A model generated the notes under the pieces. It ran no database searches. It saw only the letters and a list, made by a program, of their open reading frames with translations, and was not told where the DNA came from. Below are positions 27,908 through 37,828 of a stretch of 64,000 nucleotides of DNA, piece after piece. The position numbers were made by a program, and so were the translations under genes. The DNA is taken from positions 1,024,001 to 1,088,000 of the forward strand of contig OZ244958.1 of NCBI GenBank assembly GCA_965222575.1, given 5' to 3'. Every line of letters starts with the position of its first letter. Position 1 is the first letter of the stretch. This stretch comes from Alphaproteobacteria bacterium (GTDB lineage: Bacteria; Pseudomonadota; Alphaproteobacteria; G965222575).

Positions 27908-29218
27908 ATGAAATTTGTTATTGTTGGCCGTCCCAATGTTGGGAAATCTACATTTTTTAACCGCTTTTCAAGGCGGCGCTCTTTAGTGCATGAAGAAGCG
28001 GGGACTACAAGGGATGTCAAAAAGGGACAGGGGCAATTAGAGGCGCTCTCTTTTACACTTATTGATACAGCTGGGTTTATGTCTAAGCCTCAAGGGGAGT
28101 TGCACAAGGGCATGATGGAGAAAATGTTGCAAGCTGTAAGAGAAGCGGACGGGGTGCTGTTTATGATTGATAATAGTGTGGGGCTTATTCCTCTGGATTT
28201 AGAGATTGCTAGGCTGTTGAGAAAAGAAAACAAGCCTATTGTCGTGGTGGCTAATAAGAGTGATAAGAGAGGCTCTTTGGAAGAGGGATTTGCTTTAGGA
28301 TTTGGTGCCCCTGTAGCGTTTTCTGCTCTCCACAGTAGAGGATATGAAACATTGTATGAGAGGCTTTTGCCTTTTTGTCGGTCTTCTGTTAGTGAGTACA
28401 AGAAAGAGAAACGTGTTGTCCTCTGTTTGGTAGGACAACCCAATGTGGGGAAATCGACCTTACTGAATTCTTTGGTGGGGTCGGAAGAGCTGTTGACGTC
28501 TACTGCTGCTGGTACCACTCAGGATTCCATTGAAATCCCTTTTCGATGGAGGAACAAGGATTTTTCACTTATAGATACAGCAGGATTAAGAAGTAAAGTG
28601 AAAATTACGCGTTCTTTGGAGCAATCCTGTGCCGCTATTGCCTTGTCTGAGATGGAACGGAGTGATGTGGGGGTTTTGATATTGGAGGCTATGGCGCCGG
28701 TTTCCAAGCAAAGTCTGAAAATAGCCAATACCCTCTTCAGTAAGGGAAAAACAGTCATTGTAGGGCTGAATAAATGGGATTTGCTTGGGAAAGAGTTTCG
28801 TCTGCATACAGAAAAGGAAGCCTTACGGTATTTGCAAAGCTGCTTACCTCAGGCAGGGATTCGGAAGATTTATCCTATTTGCGCTAAGGAAGGCAAGGGT
28901 CTGGAGGCTTTAATGCGTGGGGCTTGTGACGCTTATGATGCTTGGAGAACGCACATTCCTACTGCCCGTCTTAATAAATGGATTAAAGAGCTGGACTGTC
29001 ACTTGCCTCCGCTTATCAAAGGGAGACGTTGGAAGTGTCGTTATCTTCACCAAGCTTCTGTGGCCCCTCCGGGTTTTGTCTTTTTTGCATCTCTTAAAAC
29101 TCCTCCGCCTGCATCTTACAGGCGGTTCTTGGAGAATCAACTCAGGAAGTCCTTTAATCTTTATAACACTCCCCTCAAGATTTTGATAAAAAAAGACCCT
29201 AATCCTTATGATTCTTAA
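27908..29218 (+). CDS. der: ribosome biogenesis GTPase Der
   Basis: Two G domains (GRPNVGKST, GQPNVGKST; DTAG twice; NKSD, NKWD) and a KH-like C-terminus. Confidence 0.96.
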   Translation: MKFVIVGRPNVGKSTFFNRFSRRRSLVHEEAGTTRDVKKGQGQLEALSFTLIDTAGFMSKPQGELHKGMMEKMLQAVREADGVLFMIDNSVGLIPLDLEIARLLRKENKPIVVVANKSDKRGSLEEGFALGFGAPVAFSALHSRGYETLYERLLPFCRSSVSEYKKEKRVVLCLVGQPNVGKSTLLNSLVGSEELLTSTAAGTTQDSIEIPFRWRNKDFSLIDTAGLRSKVKITRSLEQSCAAIALSEMERSDVGVLILEAMAPVSKQSLKIANTLFSKGKTVIVGLNKWDLLGKEFRLHTEKEALRYLQSCLPQAGIRKIYPICAKEGKGLEALMRGACDAYDAWRTHIPTARLNKWIKELDCHLPPLIKGRRWKCRYLHQASVAPPGFVFFASLKTPPPASYRRFLENQLRKSFNLYNTPLKILIKKDPNPYDS

Positions 29219-29885
29219 GCATATCTTCCAAAGTGAGTAAATCCTCCCATACTTCGCGTTTTTTAATGGGATTACGTAAAAGATAAGCTGGGTGGAAGGT
29301 TGCTAAAATGGGATAGTTGTGGGGGTCAATGACTAGAGAGAGGGGGGTACCTCTGGTTTTTGTAATGGAGGGGTGGTGAGGGAAGAGGGTAGAGAGGGCG
29401 ACACTGCCTACTAAGAGTAATACTTGGGGGGCATTGAGGACAATATGGTGATATAGAAAGGGGAGCATAAGAGATAATTCCTCTTTAGAGGGTTTTCTGT
29501 TATCGGGGGGTCTCCAAGGGATGACATTGGTAATATAGACATTTTTTTCACGGGTATAGCCGATACAGGATAAGAGTTCATCTAGTAATTTTCCTGCTTG
29601 TCCTACAAAGGGTTTTCCTTGTTTATCTTCTTCTTGTCCTGGGGCTTCTCCGATAATCATGAGAGGGCTGTGAGGAATACCGTCGGCAAATACTGTGCGG
29701 TTGGCGTCTTGTTTGAGGGGGCATCCTTCGAATGCTTCTATGGCCTCTCTGAGGTGTTCGAGGGTTTGGCACTCGGCCAGTGTTTTTTCATGAGGAGTAG
29801 GAGAGGAGGGGTGATTTTTTATTGTAAAAGTCCCCCCTAATTCGGTGTGGGTAAAAAGCGTGCCGAGTCGTTTTGAGGAGGACAT
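29199..29885 (-). CDS. uracil-DNA glycosylase family 4
   Basis: IGEAPG.EED.QG.PFVG.AG, WRPP.NR, TFHPAYLLR. Confidence 0.92.
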   Translation of the reverse strand: MSSSKRLGTLFTHTELGGTFTIKNHPSSPTPHEKTLAECQTLEHLREAIEAFEGCPLKQDANRTVFADGIPHSPLMIIGEAPGQEEDKQGKPFVGQAGKLLDELLSCIGYTREKNVYITNVIPWRPPDNRKPSKEELSLMLPFLYHHIVLNAPQVLLLVGSVALSTLFPHHPSITKTRGTPLSLVIDPHNYPILATFHPAYLLRNPIKKREVWEDLLTLEDMLKNHKD

Positions 29886-30021
29886 TGGGGTGGTTTTTTT
29901 TACCTGAGTTTAGGATAAGTATAGCAAAAAATTCTCTTGTGTTCTTTTGTTGTTTTTTGGGGTTAAGGGTATTTTGAGAACAAGGGGGAAAAATAGAGGT
30001 ATAGAGCAATATGTATAGCAT

Positions 30022-30933
30022 ATGATAGATCGGGATTTTTATACTATATTGGGTGTTGATAGGAGTTGCACGGGGGCGGAGGTTAAGCGTGCTTATCAGG
30101 AGTTAGCAAAGGTTTATCACCCTGATAGGTATCATTATAGCAGTGAGGAATCTGGGAGGAGGGCATCTGAGAGGTTTAAGGATATTTCTGCGGCGTATAG
30201 GGTGTTATCATCGCCGCCTAAGCGTGCAGCGTATGATGCAATGCGTCGGAGGGAGGGGGGGAGGAGGTCTTCTGTGAGGGAGGCGAGGGTGAGAGAGAAT
30301 TTTTCTTCTGGTTCGGTTTTTGAGGATTTATTTTCCAGTGTATTTAGCAATCTAGGAGGGGAGGGGGCGAGTGCTCGTCCTGTGCGGAGGCCTGTGCGGG
30401 GTAAGGATGTAGAGGTGGAGGTAAGTATGTCTTTTGAGGAGGCGGTGAGGGGATGTGTAAAAACGCTTGTTATTGGGGGGTGCAAACTGAAGGTACGGTT
30501 TCAGGAGGGGTTAGATGAGGGGGATATTTTGCGTCTTCAAGGGCGTGGAGAGCCCGGAAGGGAGGGGGGAGACAATGGGGATGGTTTTGTGAAAATTGCC
30601 TCTATAACGGCTCATGATATCTTTCAGCGTCAGGGACGAAATATTATGGTTGAGGTTCCGATTTCACTTAAGGAGGCGGTTTTAGGCAGTTTGGTTTCCG
30701 TTCCGACAATCTGGGGGATGGTAAAGGTTCAAACGCCTCCTAATTTGGAACGCAATACCTCTTTGAGAGTCAAGGGCAAGGGCATAAGAACACGAAAAGG
30801 CACAGGAGACCAATATGTGCAGTTGACGATACAGCTACCGCGCAAGAATTTAGAATTGAAGAAGTTTCTGATTTCTTGGCAGGAGTCAAAGGCTTTTTTA
30901 CGCATTGAACAGTATCCTAGCATTATCAAGTAA
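30022..30933 (+). CDS. class B J-domain protein (CbpA-like)
   Basis: J domain with HPD, no zinc finger, C-terminal DnaJ_C domain (EAVLG, LRVKGKG, GDQYV). Confidence 0.9.
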   Translation: MIDRDFYTILGVDRSCTGAEVKRAYQELAKVYHPDRYHYSSEESGRRASERFKDISAAYRVLSSPPKRAAYDAMRRREGGRRSSVREARVRENFSSGSVFEDLFSSVFSNLGGEGASARPVRRPVRGKDVEVEVSMSFEEAVRGCVKTLVIGGCKLKVRFQEGLDEGDILRLQGRGEPGREGGDNGDGFVKIASITAHDIFQRQGRNIMVEVPISLKEAVLGSLVSVPTIWGMVKVQTPPNLERNTSLRVKGKGIRTRKGTGDQYVQLTIQLPRKNLELKKFLISWQESKAFLRIEQYPSIIK

Positions 30934-30939
30934 GAGACA

Positions 30940-31407
30940 GTGACGATACAGCTAGAAACCTTTTCTAATTTTGCGTTGAAGGCAGGGTCTTTTTCAAAGG
31001 AGGAGAAGGCGATTTCTCTACATCCGGATGGTCGTTCACTGATTTGTTGCAAGAAAGCCACACTTCCAAAGTCTTTGGAATACCTTATTGGTAAGGAAAG
31101 AAAAGCGCTTAAGTCTCAACAGCATTCATTTTCAGGGCCTTCTTCTTGTTATGGATATCGTCTTTTAAATCGTGTTGTGTCTTGTGTTGAGCTATCCAGT
31201 GTGCAAGAGCCGAGGGTGGAGAGAGCACTAGGGCAAATGCGTGCGAAATTGGCTTTCACGGAACTCCTTCACAAGGAACACCAAAAGGGAGCAAAACGCA
31301 TACTGGATATCTTATTTTCAGAGGACCCTACAGCCCCTTTGTCCTTAGACCTTATCCGGAAGTCCTTTGACATGCTGAAAGAGACTTGTAAAGAACCGCA
31401 CTTGTGA
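30940..31407 (+). CDS. hypothetical protein
   Basis: 155-aa ORF filling the gap between the cbpA-like and ridA-like genes; no recognisable motif. Confidence 0.6.
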   Translation: MTIQLETFSNFALKAGSFSKEEKAISLHPDGRSLICCKKATLPKSLEYLIGKERKALKSQQHSFSGPSSCYGYRLLNRVVSCVELSSVQEPRVERALGQMRAKLAFTELLHKEHQKGAKRILDILFSEDPTAPLSLDLIRKSFDMLKETCKEPHL

Positions 31408-31447
31408 CTAAACTGAGAGAAATGGTATCTTACAAACGAGAAGGAAA

Positions 31448-31816
31448 ATGGTTATTCAACGTTATGCCGGGGGCAAGCTCCCGTATTCCAAGTCTGTTAG
31501 GGCTGGGAATTTTTTATATGTTTCTGGACAGATTCCTGTAAACGAAGAAGGGAAAATCATAGGGGGCAGTATTAAAGAACAAACACAGTTGGTGATGGAG
31601 AATTTACAAAAGGCTTTGTTGGAAGCCGGTTATACTTTCAAGGATGTGGTGAAGACCACTTGTTGGCTTACCAATCAAAACCAGTTTGGGGATTTTAATG
31701 AGGTTTATCTGCAATATGTCTCTGAAGCCCTTCCTGCCCGCGCTTGCGTCATCACCGGTATGGTAGCAGCGTTTGATGTAGAAGTCGAGGCTGTCGCTTA
31801 TGCTAACGTACCCTAA
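31448..31816 (+). CDS. RidA/YjgF family enamine deaminase
   Basis: PYSKSV, LYVSGQIP, DVVKT, FNEVY, PARACV, VEVEAVA. Confidence 0.92.
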   Translation: MVIQRYAGGKLPYSKSVRAGNFLYVSGQIPVNEEGKIIGGSIKEQTQLVMENLQKALLEAGYTFKDVVKTTCWLTNQNQFGDFNEVYLQYVSEALPARACVITGMVAAFDVEVEAVAYANVP

Positions 31817-31893
31817 CTTGTAGTGTAAATTGGAGTCGAGGAATGGAGGGGGTGTGGAGAAGGTTTTTTTTTATGAGGGAGATTAACTTGGTG

Positions 31894-31922
31894 TTGCAAA
31901 GGAAGAGAACCTTTTGTATAGT
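31894..31922 (+). promoter_or_regulatory. sigma70-like promoter of rpsD
   Basis: TTGCAA-N17-TATAGT, 38 nt upstream of the GTG start. Confidence 0.6.
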
Positions 31923-31960
31923 GGGATTTGTGTGTTTTGTTAGAACTCTTTTGAGGTAGT

Positions 31961-32581
31961 GTGAGCAAGCGGTTAAAAGCGAAGTATAAGATTGACAGGC
32001 GGATTGGCACGTCACTTTGGGGGCGTAATAAGTCTCCTGCTAATAAGAGGCCTTATCTTCCCGGACAGCATGGTCCATCTAAAGGGCGGGGGCGATTGAG
32101 TGATTATGGGGAGCATTTATTGGCAAAGCAAAAGTTGAAGAGATACTATGGGTCTGTGATGGAAAAGGCTTTTCGCAATATTTATGAGAGAGCGTCTAAG
32201 AAGAAAGGGAATTCGGCTGAGAATTTGGTGATGTTGCTGGAGTCACGTTTGGATACGGCTGTGTATCGTTTGAAGTTTGCCCCGACGATTTTTTCTGCGC
32301 GTCAAATGATTAATCATGGTCATATTCGTGTTAATGGGGCGCGGGTGAAAATCAGTAGCTATACCTTGTCTATTAATGATGTGGTGGAGGTTATTCCTTC
32401 TATGGTGGAATCTAATCTGGTGATACAGGCGGTGGATAGTCAAGAAAGAGAAGTGCCTACTTATTATTCTGTAGATCATAAGAAGATGCAGGGTTCTCTT
32501 TTGCGTCTCCCTGTTTTAGGAGATGTGCCTTACCCGGTTGAAATGTTTCCTAATCTTGTGGTGGAGTTTTACTCTCGGTGA
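31961..32581 (+). CDS. rpsD: 30S ribosomal protein S4
   Basis: KYKIDRR, PGQHG, SDYG..L.AKQKLK, LESRLD, ARQ.INHGH, VVEFYSR (alphaproteobacterial type). Confidence 0.98.
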   Translation: MSKRLKAKYKIDRRIGTSLWGRNKSPANKRPYLPGQHGPSKGRGRLSDYGEHLLAKQKLKRYYGSVMEKAFRNIYERASKKKGNSAENLVMLLESRLDTAVYRLKFAPTIFSARQMINHGHIRVNGARVKISSYTLSINDVVEVIPSMVESNLVIQAVDSQEREVPTYYSVDHKKMQGSLLRLPVLGDVPYPVEMFPNLVVEFYSR

Positions 32582-32585
32582 GAGA

Positions 32586-33332
32586 TTAAAGGCGTTCGTA
32601 TTGAAAAAATTTTCTAATTTTGCCCTCTTTTTTGGCTTTATTTTCATATCGTGTAGCAGGCCAATCTGAGGGTCGGCTGGGGCTTTGATTGGTAGTTTCT
32701 TCAAAATGCAGGCAGGAAAATTCTTTTTGTTTCCCCATGATATGGTCACTCCATTGAGCCATTGTCTCATGGTCAGTGGCTATTCTCAGGAGTCCGCCTT
32801 TTTTCAGAATGATGCTTAAGGTTTGAGCGCTTTCCAGCTGCAAGTATCGGCGTTTTGCGTGTCGTTTTTTAGGCCAAGGGTCGGAAAAGAGCAAAAAACA
32901 ACGCTGTACAGAATTTTCCGCTAACGTATCCAAAAACGCTTCGCCTTTGTTGGGGACAAAGGCAATGTTTTGTATTTTTTGGCGTTCAATGGCTTTGTGA
33001 AGTTGCGCTAATCCGTGAAGAAAAGGGTCTATGCCTATCATGGCAATGTTTTTATGATGTAAGGCTTGCCATAAGAGATGTTCACCCCCCCCGAAGCCAA
33101 TTTCTATCCAGAGGTGGTCAAAGTTTTGTTGAAAATCTTCAATGGTTTGAGGACTGTTAAGACAATAGGGCGAATGAAAAATATCTTGTCTCTTGAGAGA
33201 CAAAGAGGTACGAAAGCGTGCTTTTGTTGTGTAAAAGCTGTTATAGGCGTAAGAGGGCCTCTTGCAGGGAGGGGGACTCTTTTTCCCAAGGGAAGGCGCC
33301 TTGTTCAGTGGGTTTGCGTCCGAAGTGTCCAT
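32586..33332 (-). CDS. trmB: tRNA (guanine-N7)-methyltransferase
   Basis: EIGFGGGEHL, FSDPWPKKRH.KRR, ATD, TRYE.KA. Start uncertain (ATG 33332 or TTG 33203). Confidence 0.92.
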   Translation of the reverse strand: MDTSDANPLNKAPSLGKKSPPPCKRPSYAYNSFYTTKARFRTSLSLKRQDIFHSPYCLNSPQTIEDFQQNFDHLWIEIGFGGGEHLLWQALHHKNIAMIGIDPFLHGLAQLHKAIERQKIQNIAFVPNKGEAFLDTLAENSVQRCFLLFSDPWPKKRHAKRRYLQLESAQTLSIILKKGGLLRIATDHETMAQWSDHIMGKQKEFSCLHFEETTNQSPSRPSDWPATRYENKAKKEGKIRKFFQYERL

Positions 33333-34410
33333 AGCTAGCAGTGATTTTATAGAAAGGCGTTTGTAAGTTAAGATGTTTGATAATGCCTGATGGCGTGAGG
33401 TCTAGAAGGTTTGGGAGGGCTTTTTTCACTCGTTCTTCACTAATTTTGCCTGTGCCTAAGAAGTCGCAATATAAAGCTACTGGCTCTGCTAAACCGATGG
33501 CATAGGAAAGCTGTATCAGGCATTTTTGCGCAAGACCGCTTGCTACAAGATTTTTTGCGATATACCGCGCCATATAAGCACCGGAACGATCGACTTTCGT
33601 TGCATCTTTTCCTGAGAAGGAGCCTCCTCCATGAGACAAATACCCTCCATAGGTGTCTACCATGATTTTGCGCCCAGTTAGTCCTGTGTCTCCATCAGGG
33701 CCTCCTATGATAAAATTTCCGGCAGGGTTAGGCAAGATGGTACTTGTATCGTTGATAAAATCCTTTGGAAGGGTTGCTTTAAGGACTTTTTTTAAGTGAG
33801 ACCGTACCTCTTCCAAAGGCATATCTTTGGAATGCTGGCTTGAAATCACCGCAGAATGTAAAGACTGTGGGCACCCTTGTTCATACAAGAGAGTCACTTG
33901 GCATTTTGCATCTGGGTAGAGGAGAGGGCAAGTGTTTTGACGATAGGTCTTCAAGTGCTTCAGAATCTCATGGGCATAAAAAATAGGGGCAGGCATAAAA
34001 TGTAGCGTTTCATCTGTAGCATAGCCAAACATTAAGCCTTGGTCACCAGCTCCTAGGGACTTGTCCCCTCTCGCTTTTATTCCTGTTGCTATATCATGGG
34101 ACTGGCTGTGAATAAAATTGCTAATTTCAACTGTTGCCCAATGAAAAGAGGACTGTTCATAGCCTATCTCTTTGAGCGTTTGGCGCACAATCTCTTTTGT
34201 TTGTTGAGGTGTTAACAGGGGGGCTGAAACTTCTCCAGCTAAGATGACTTTCTTTGTGGTGACTAGGACTTCTATTGCTGTCCGTATGCTAGGGTCTTTC
34301 TTGAGATAGGCGTCTAGGAGGGCATCTGAGATGATATCACAAATTTTGTCCGGATGACCGCAGGAAACAGACTCAGCAGTCAACAAACAGCTATCAAGAC
34401 AAGGAAACAT
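33241..34410 (-). CDS. metK: S-adenosylmethionine synthetase
   Basis: ESVSCGHPDK, GAGDQG, GLTGRK, GGGSFSGKD, YGHFGR. Confidence 0.97.
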   Translation of the reverse strand: MFPCLDSCLLTAESVSCGHPDKICDIISDALLDAYLKKDPSIRTAIEVLVTTKKVILAGEVSAPLLTPQQTKEIVRQTLKEIGYEQSSFHWATVEISNFIHSQSHDIATGIKARGDKSLGAGDQGLMFGYATDETLHFMPAPIFYAHEILKHLKTYRQNTCPLLYPDAKCQVTLLYEQGCPQSLHSAVISSQHSKDMPLEEVRSHLKKVLKATLPKDFINDTSTILPNPAGNFIIGGPDGDTGLTGRKIMVDTYGGYLSHGGGSFSGKDATKVDRSGAYMARYIAKNLVASGLAQKCLIQLSYAIGLAEPVALYCDFLGTGKISEERVKKALPNLLDLTPSGIIKHLNLQTPFYKITASYGHFGRKPTEQGAFPWEKESPSLQEALLRL

Positions 34411-34463
34411 GAAGGAAAAAACAATCTTTGCGGTAAAAAGCGTGTAGCATGTAGTCTAAAGAA

Positions 34464-36383
34464 TTACGGCAGAGCATGCATCTCATTTTCAAAAAATTTA
34501 TGCTTTTGTAAAGTTGGTATTTCATCAATAAACATGCTTGGAGTATTGATTTTGAGCTTTCCGAACATGACACGACTTTGGGTGTAGGAAATGATACATA
34601 AGGTTTTAGCCCGTGTAAGGCCTACGTAAGCGAGGCGTCGTTCTTCTTCAAGGTGTTGGGGTTCGTCCATAGACTTATTGTGAGGGCATAATCCTTGCTC
34701 CCAACCGGGCAGGAAGACATAATCAAACTCCAAGCCCTTAGCGGCATGCAATGTCATGATTAACACCCCTTGTTCTTTTTTAGCGGACATATCTGTGGCA
34801 AAGCTTGCATGTTCTAAAAAGGAATCCAGTGTTTGAAATGTTTCTATCATACTTTTGAGTTCTTCCAGATTCGCCAAGCGCGCTTCTTTTTCCAGAATTG
34901 GAGCGGTGTCCCAGATTTCTTTATAGCCACTTTCTTCTAGGACAATATGAAAGACTTCGCCTAAGCGCTTTGATGCTAAGAGGTCTTTCCAACGATAGAG
35001 ATTGTGAGAAAATTTCTTTAGGGCTTTTGTCATTTTGGATGATAAGGGGGCGTGTTCAAGGGCTTCTATGATGGACATATTGTCTTTGTATTGCTCGAGG
35101 GTTGCGAGGGTTTTAGGGCCGATGCCTTGTTTGGGGATACTGATGGCGCGACGAAAGGCGAGATTGTTATGGGGGTTGTGCAAGAGGCGGAGATAGGAGA
35201 GCATATCCTGAATTTCCTGACGTTGATAAAATTTGACATTACCAATGATTGTATAGGGAATAGAGGCGTTGAGGAGTTTTTCTTCAAAAACGCCGCTTTG
35301 GGCGCTGGTACGGGTGAGGATGGCAATAGACTTTAAGGGAACATCTTGTTGTTGTAGCTGTTCAATGGCCTGTACAATGACGGAGGCTTCCATATACTGG
35401 TCGCTACACTCCCAGACAGAGACAGGTTCGCCGTCTTTATCTGTTTTGAGAATTTTGCCTAGATGTGAGGTGTTGTGTTTGATGAGGCTATTGGCAGCTT
35501 CTAAGATAGGTTTTGTTGAGCGGTAGTTGGTCTCTAGGTGAACCACTTGGCAGTTATCATATTGTTCGGGAAAGTTGAGAATATTCTCTATAGCCGCGCC
35601 GCGCCATGAGTAAATGGACTGATCTTCGTCTCCTACGCAGCAAATATTATGTTCAGGGGCTTTCACCAGTTGCTCTAGCCATAAGCGCTGGGTGAGATTG
35701 GTATCTTGGTATTCATCTACAGAAATGTAACGAAAAAGATTTTGGTATTTTTGTCGGATACTGTCATTTTCTTTGAAGATTGTCAGTGTTTTGAGGAGCA
35801 AATCATCAAAATCACAGGCGTTGCTTCTCACAAGGGCTCTTTGGTAGGCAGGATAGAGTTTGAGGGCTATTTTTTCTAAGGTGTTCTCACTGTCATGTAA
35901 GAGTACATCTTTAGGGCGTAGGGCTTTTTGTTTCCACATATGGAGGTGATAGAGAATACCTTTAGGGTTGATGGTATTGTTAATATTGTTATCGGTTAGG
36001 AGGGTCTTTAGGAGGGCGTTTTGTTCTCGTTCTGAGATGATGGTAAAGGTTTCGGTGACGTCGCTTTTGTGGGCTTCTTGTCTTAGGATTTTGCTAGCAC
36101 AAGCGTGGAAGGTTCCAACGAAGGAAAAGGCAGGGAGAGGAAATTGTAGCAACTCTTGGAGGCGCGTGCGCATTGCTGTAGCAGCTTTATTGGTGAAAGT
36201 GACTGCTAGGATTTGTCTATGGGTAGATAGTCCTTTTTGCAGGATATAGGCTAGGCGATGGGTGAGGGTTTTGGTTTTTCCTGTTCCTGCTCCTGCTAGG
36301 ACTAGGAGGGGGCCTTGTGTATTTTCAACGGCTTTGCGTTGTTCAGGATTTAGAGAGGAGAAAAGGTTGTGAGTGATTTTCAT
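34464..36383 (-). CDS. uvrD: UvrD/PcrA family helicase
   Basis: AGAGTGKT, TFTNKAA, VDEYQD, VGDEDQSIY.WRGA, NYRS, TLHAAKGLEF, EERRLAYVGLTRA. Confidence 0.95.
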   Translation of the reverse strand: MKITHNLFSSLNPEQRKAVENTQGPLLVLAGAGTGKTKTLTHRLAYILQKGLSTHRQILAVTFTNKAATAMRTRLQELLQFPLPAFSFVGTFHACASKILRQEAHKSDVTETFTIISEREQNALLKTLLTDNNINNTINPKGILYHLHMWKQKALRPKDVLLHDSENTLEKIALKLYPAYQRALVRSNACDFDDLLLKTLTIFKENDSIRQKYQNLFRYISVDEYQDTNLTQRLWLEQLVKAPEHNICCVGDEDQSIYSWRGAAIENILNFPEQYDNCQVVHLETNYRSTKPILEAANSLIKHNTSHLGKILKTDKDGEPVSVWECSDQYMEASVIVQAIEQLQQQDVPLKSIAILTRTSAQSGVFEEKLLNASIPYTIIGNVKFYQRQEIQDMLSYLRLLHNPHNNLAFRRAISIPKQGIGPKTLATLEQYKDNMSIIEALEHAPLSSKMTKALKKFSHNLYRWKDLLASKRLGEVFHIVLEESGYKEIWDTAPILEKEARLANLEELKSMIETFQTLDSFLEHASFATDMSAKKEQGVLIMTLHAAKGLEFDYVFLPGWEQGLCPHNKSMDEPQHLEEERRLAYVGLTRAKTLCIISYTQSRVMFGKLKINTPSMFIDEIPTLQKHKFFENEMHALP

Positions 36384-36958
36384 TAAAGGGAGTGCTTTGA
36401 TTCTGTACCGGAGCAGAGGTTTTGAATATTCTTCTTGTGACGAAGGAGGATTAGGAGTGTGAGGAGCAGGAGGGGGATGGAGGTGTTAAAGGGAAGGGTG
36501 AGGAGGGCGAGAAGAGCAAGACTGCAAGATGCGCCCATGGAAGCGATACTAACATATCGGGTCAGAGATAAGAAGAGGATAAAAGCCCCTAGGAATAAAA
36601 GGGACATAGGAGGATTCAGTGCGATGACAACGCCTAAGAAAGTTGCAACGCCTTTCCCTCCTTGGAATCTGAGCCACAGAGGGAAGCAATGTCCTACCAC
36701 GCAGGCGATAGCGACCAAAGGGGCGGCGGAGGGGAGGATTATAAAGGTGATAGCGACTGGTATTGTTCCCTTTAGGATATCGGCTATCAGAGTCATGAGT
36801 GCTAGAAGGGGGGTAGTGGTTCTGAGGACATTGGTTGCCCCGATGTTGCCGGAGCCTTTTTGGCGAATATCCTCTTTGCCTGTTATCTGTGTGAGGAGGA
36901 GTCCGAAGGGAATACTTCCTAAGAGGTATGCTGCTATTAGGAGGGGGATGATGGTCAT
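36383..36958 (-). CDS. plsY: glycerol-3-phosphate acyltransferase PlsY
   Basis: YLLGSIPFG, GSGNIGATN, DILKG, GHCFP..F.GGKGVAT, RH..NI. Confidence 0.95.
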   Translation of the reverse strand: MTIIPLLIAAYLLGSIPFGLLLTQITGKEDIRQKGSGNIGATNVLRTTTPLLALMTLIADILKGTIPVAITFIILPSAAPLVAIACVVGHCFPLWLRFQGGKGVATFLGVVIALNPPMSLLFLGAFILFLSLTRYVSIASMGASCSLALLALLTLPFNTSIPLLLLTLLILLRHKKNIQNLCSGTESKHSL

Positions 36959-37818
36959 GGGCCTGCGACCCAGAGGAGGGCATTCATGCGTGCTATGACG
37001 CCGTTTTGGACTTGTTTTAGGATGAGACTTCTGGGGGAGTGTATGAGAGAAGGGTGCATATCCAGTGTGCCTTCTATGGGGCCGGGGTGTAAGAGCACGC
37101 CATGGGGGGGTAGAAGGTTTAGGGTCTCTTTGGTGATGTAAAAAGGGCTTATTTTGGTATTTTGTTTGTGTCGTTCGCGTTGGGGTCTTAGGACCATGAG
37201 GGCGTCGGTTTCTTTGAGGGCATCTTTGAGAGATGATAGATATCTTGCTCTTGGGAAAGTTTTAGGAGGGGGTAGCCAAGGGGGGGGGGCGATGAGGGTG
37301 ATAGTCATGCCTTCACTTTCCACAGCTGCTATGGTTGAGGGCACGACGCGGCTGTGTACGATATCGCCGCAAATGGAAAGCCTTTTTCCTTTTAGGGAGC
37401 CGAAGTGTTTTTTGAGGGTTAAAGCGTCTAGCAGTCCTTGGGTGGGGTGTTCTAAAGCGTCTCCGGCATTGATGAGGTGACAGGAGATGGAGGTTGCTAA
37501 GGGTTTGAGGGCGTGAGGCGTTCGGACGATGAGGATATCTGCTAGTTGGCTTAAGACGCAGAGGGTTTGGGATAGACTTTCCCCTTTTTCCAGAGAGGAA
37601 GTTTTCGCATCAAAACGTAATGTTTGTGCCCCTAAGCGCCCTGCGGCGCTTTCAAAAGAGAGGCATGTACGCGTGGAGGGTTCTAAAAAGACAAGGATGA
37701 TAGTATAGCCTTTTAAGGGATTATCACTAAGGGAGGGTAAAGGCCTAAGCAGTGTTGCGAGGTCTTCTTTTCTCAAGGTTTTAAGACCTAATAAGTGGCG
37801 GGGGGAAGAGGTTATCAT
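36955..37818 (-). CDS. pyrB: aspartate carbamoyltransferase catalytic subunit
   Basis: EPSTRT, KGESL, INAGD, HPTQ.LLD, GDIVHSRV, HPGP, QVQNG. Start taken at ATG 37818. Confidence 0.94.
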   Translation of the reverse strand: MITSSPRHLLGLKTLRKEDLATLLRPLPSLSDNPLKGYTIILVFLEPSTRTCLSFESAAGRLGAQTLRFDAKTSSLEKGESLSQTLCVLSQLADILIVRTPHALKPLATSISCHLINAGDALEHPTQGLLDALTLKKHFGSLKGKRLSICGDIVHSRVVPSTIAAVESEGMTITLIAPPPWLPPPKTFPRARYLSSLKDALKETDALMVLRPQRERHKQNTKISPFYITKETLNLLPPHGVLLHPGPIEGTLDMHPSLIHSPRSLILKQVQNGVIARMNALLWVAGP

Positions 37819-37828
37819 GATGTGCGCT

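Noticed and set aside
29199-29885. Missing Fe-S cysteines in the family 4 UDG
   Set aside because: To my knowledge Cys-poor variants are common in alphaproteobacteria, and the catalytic motifs are intact.
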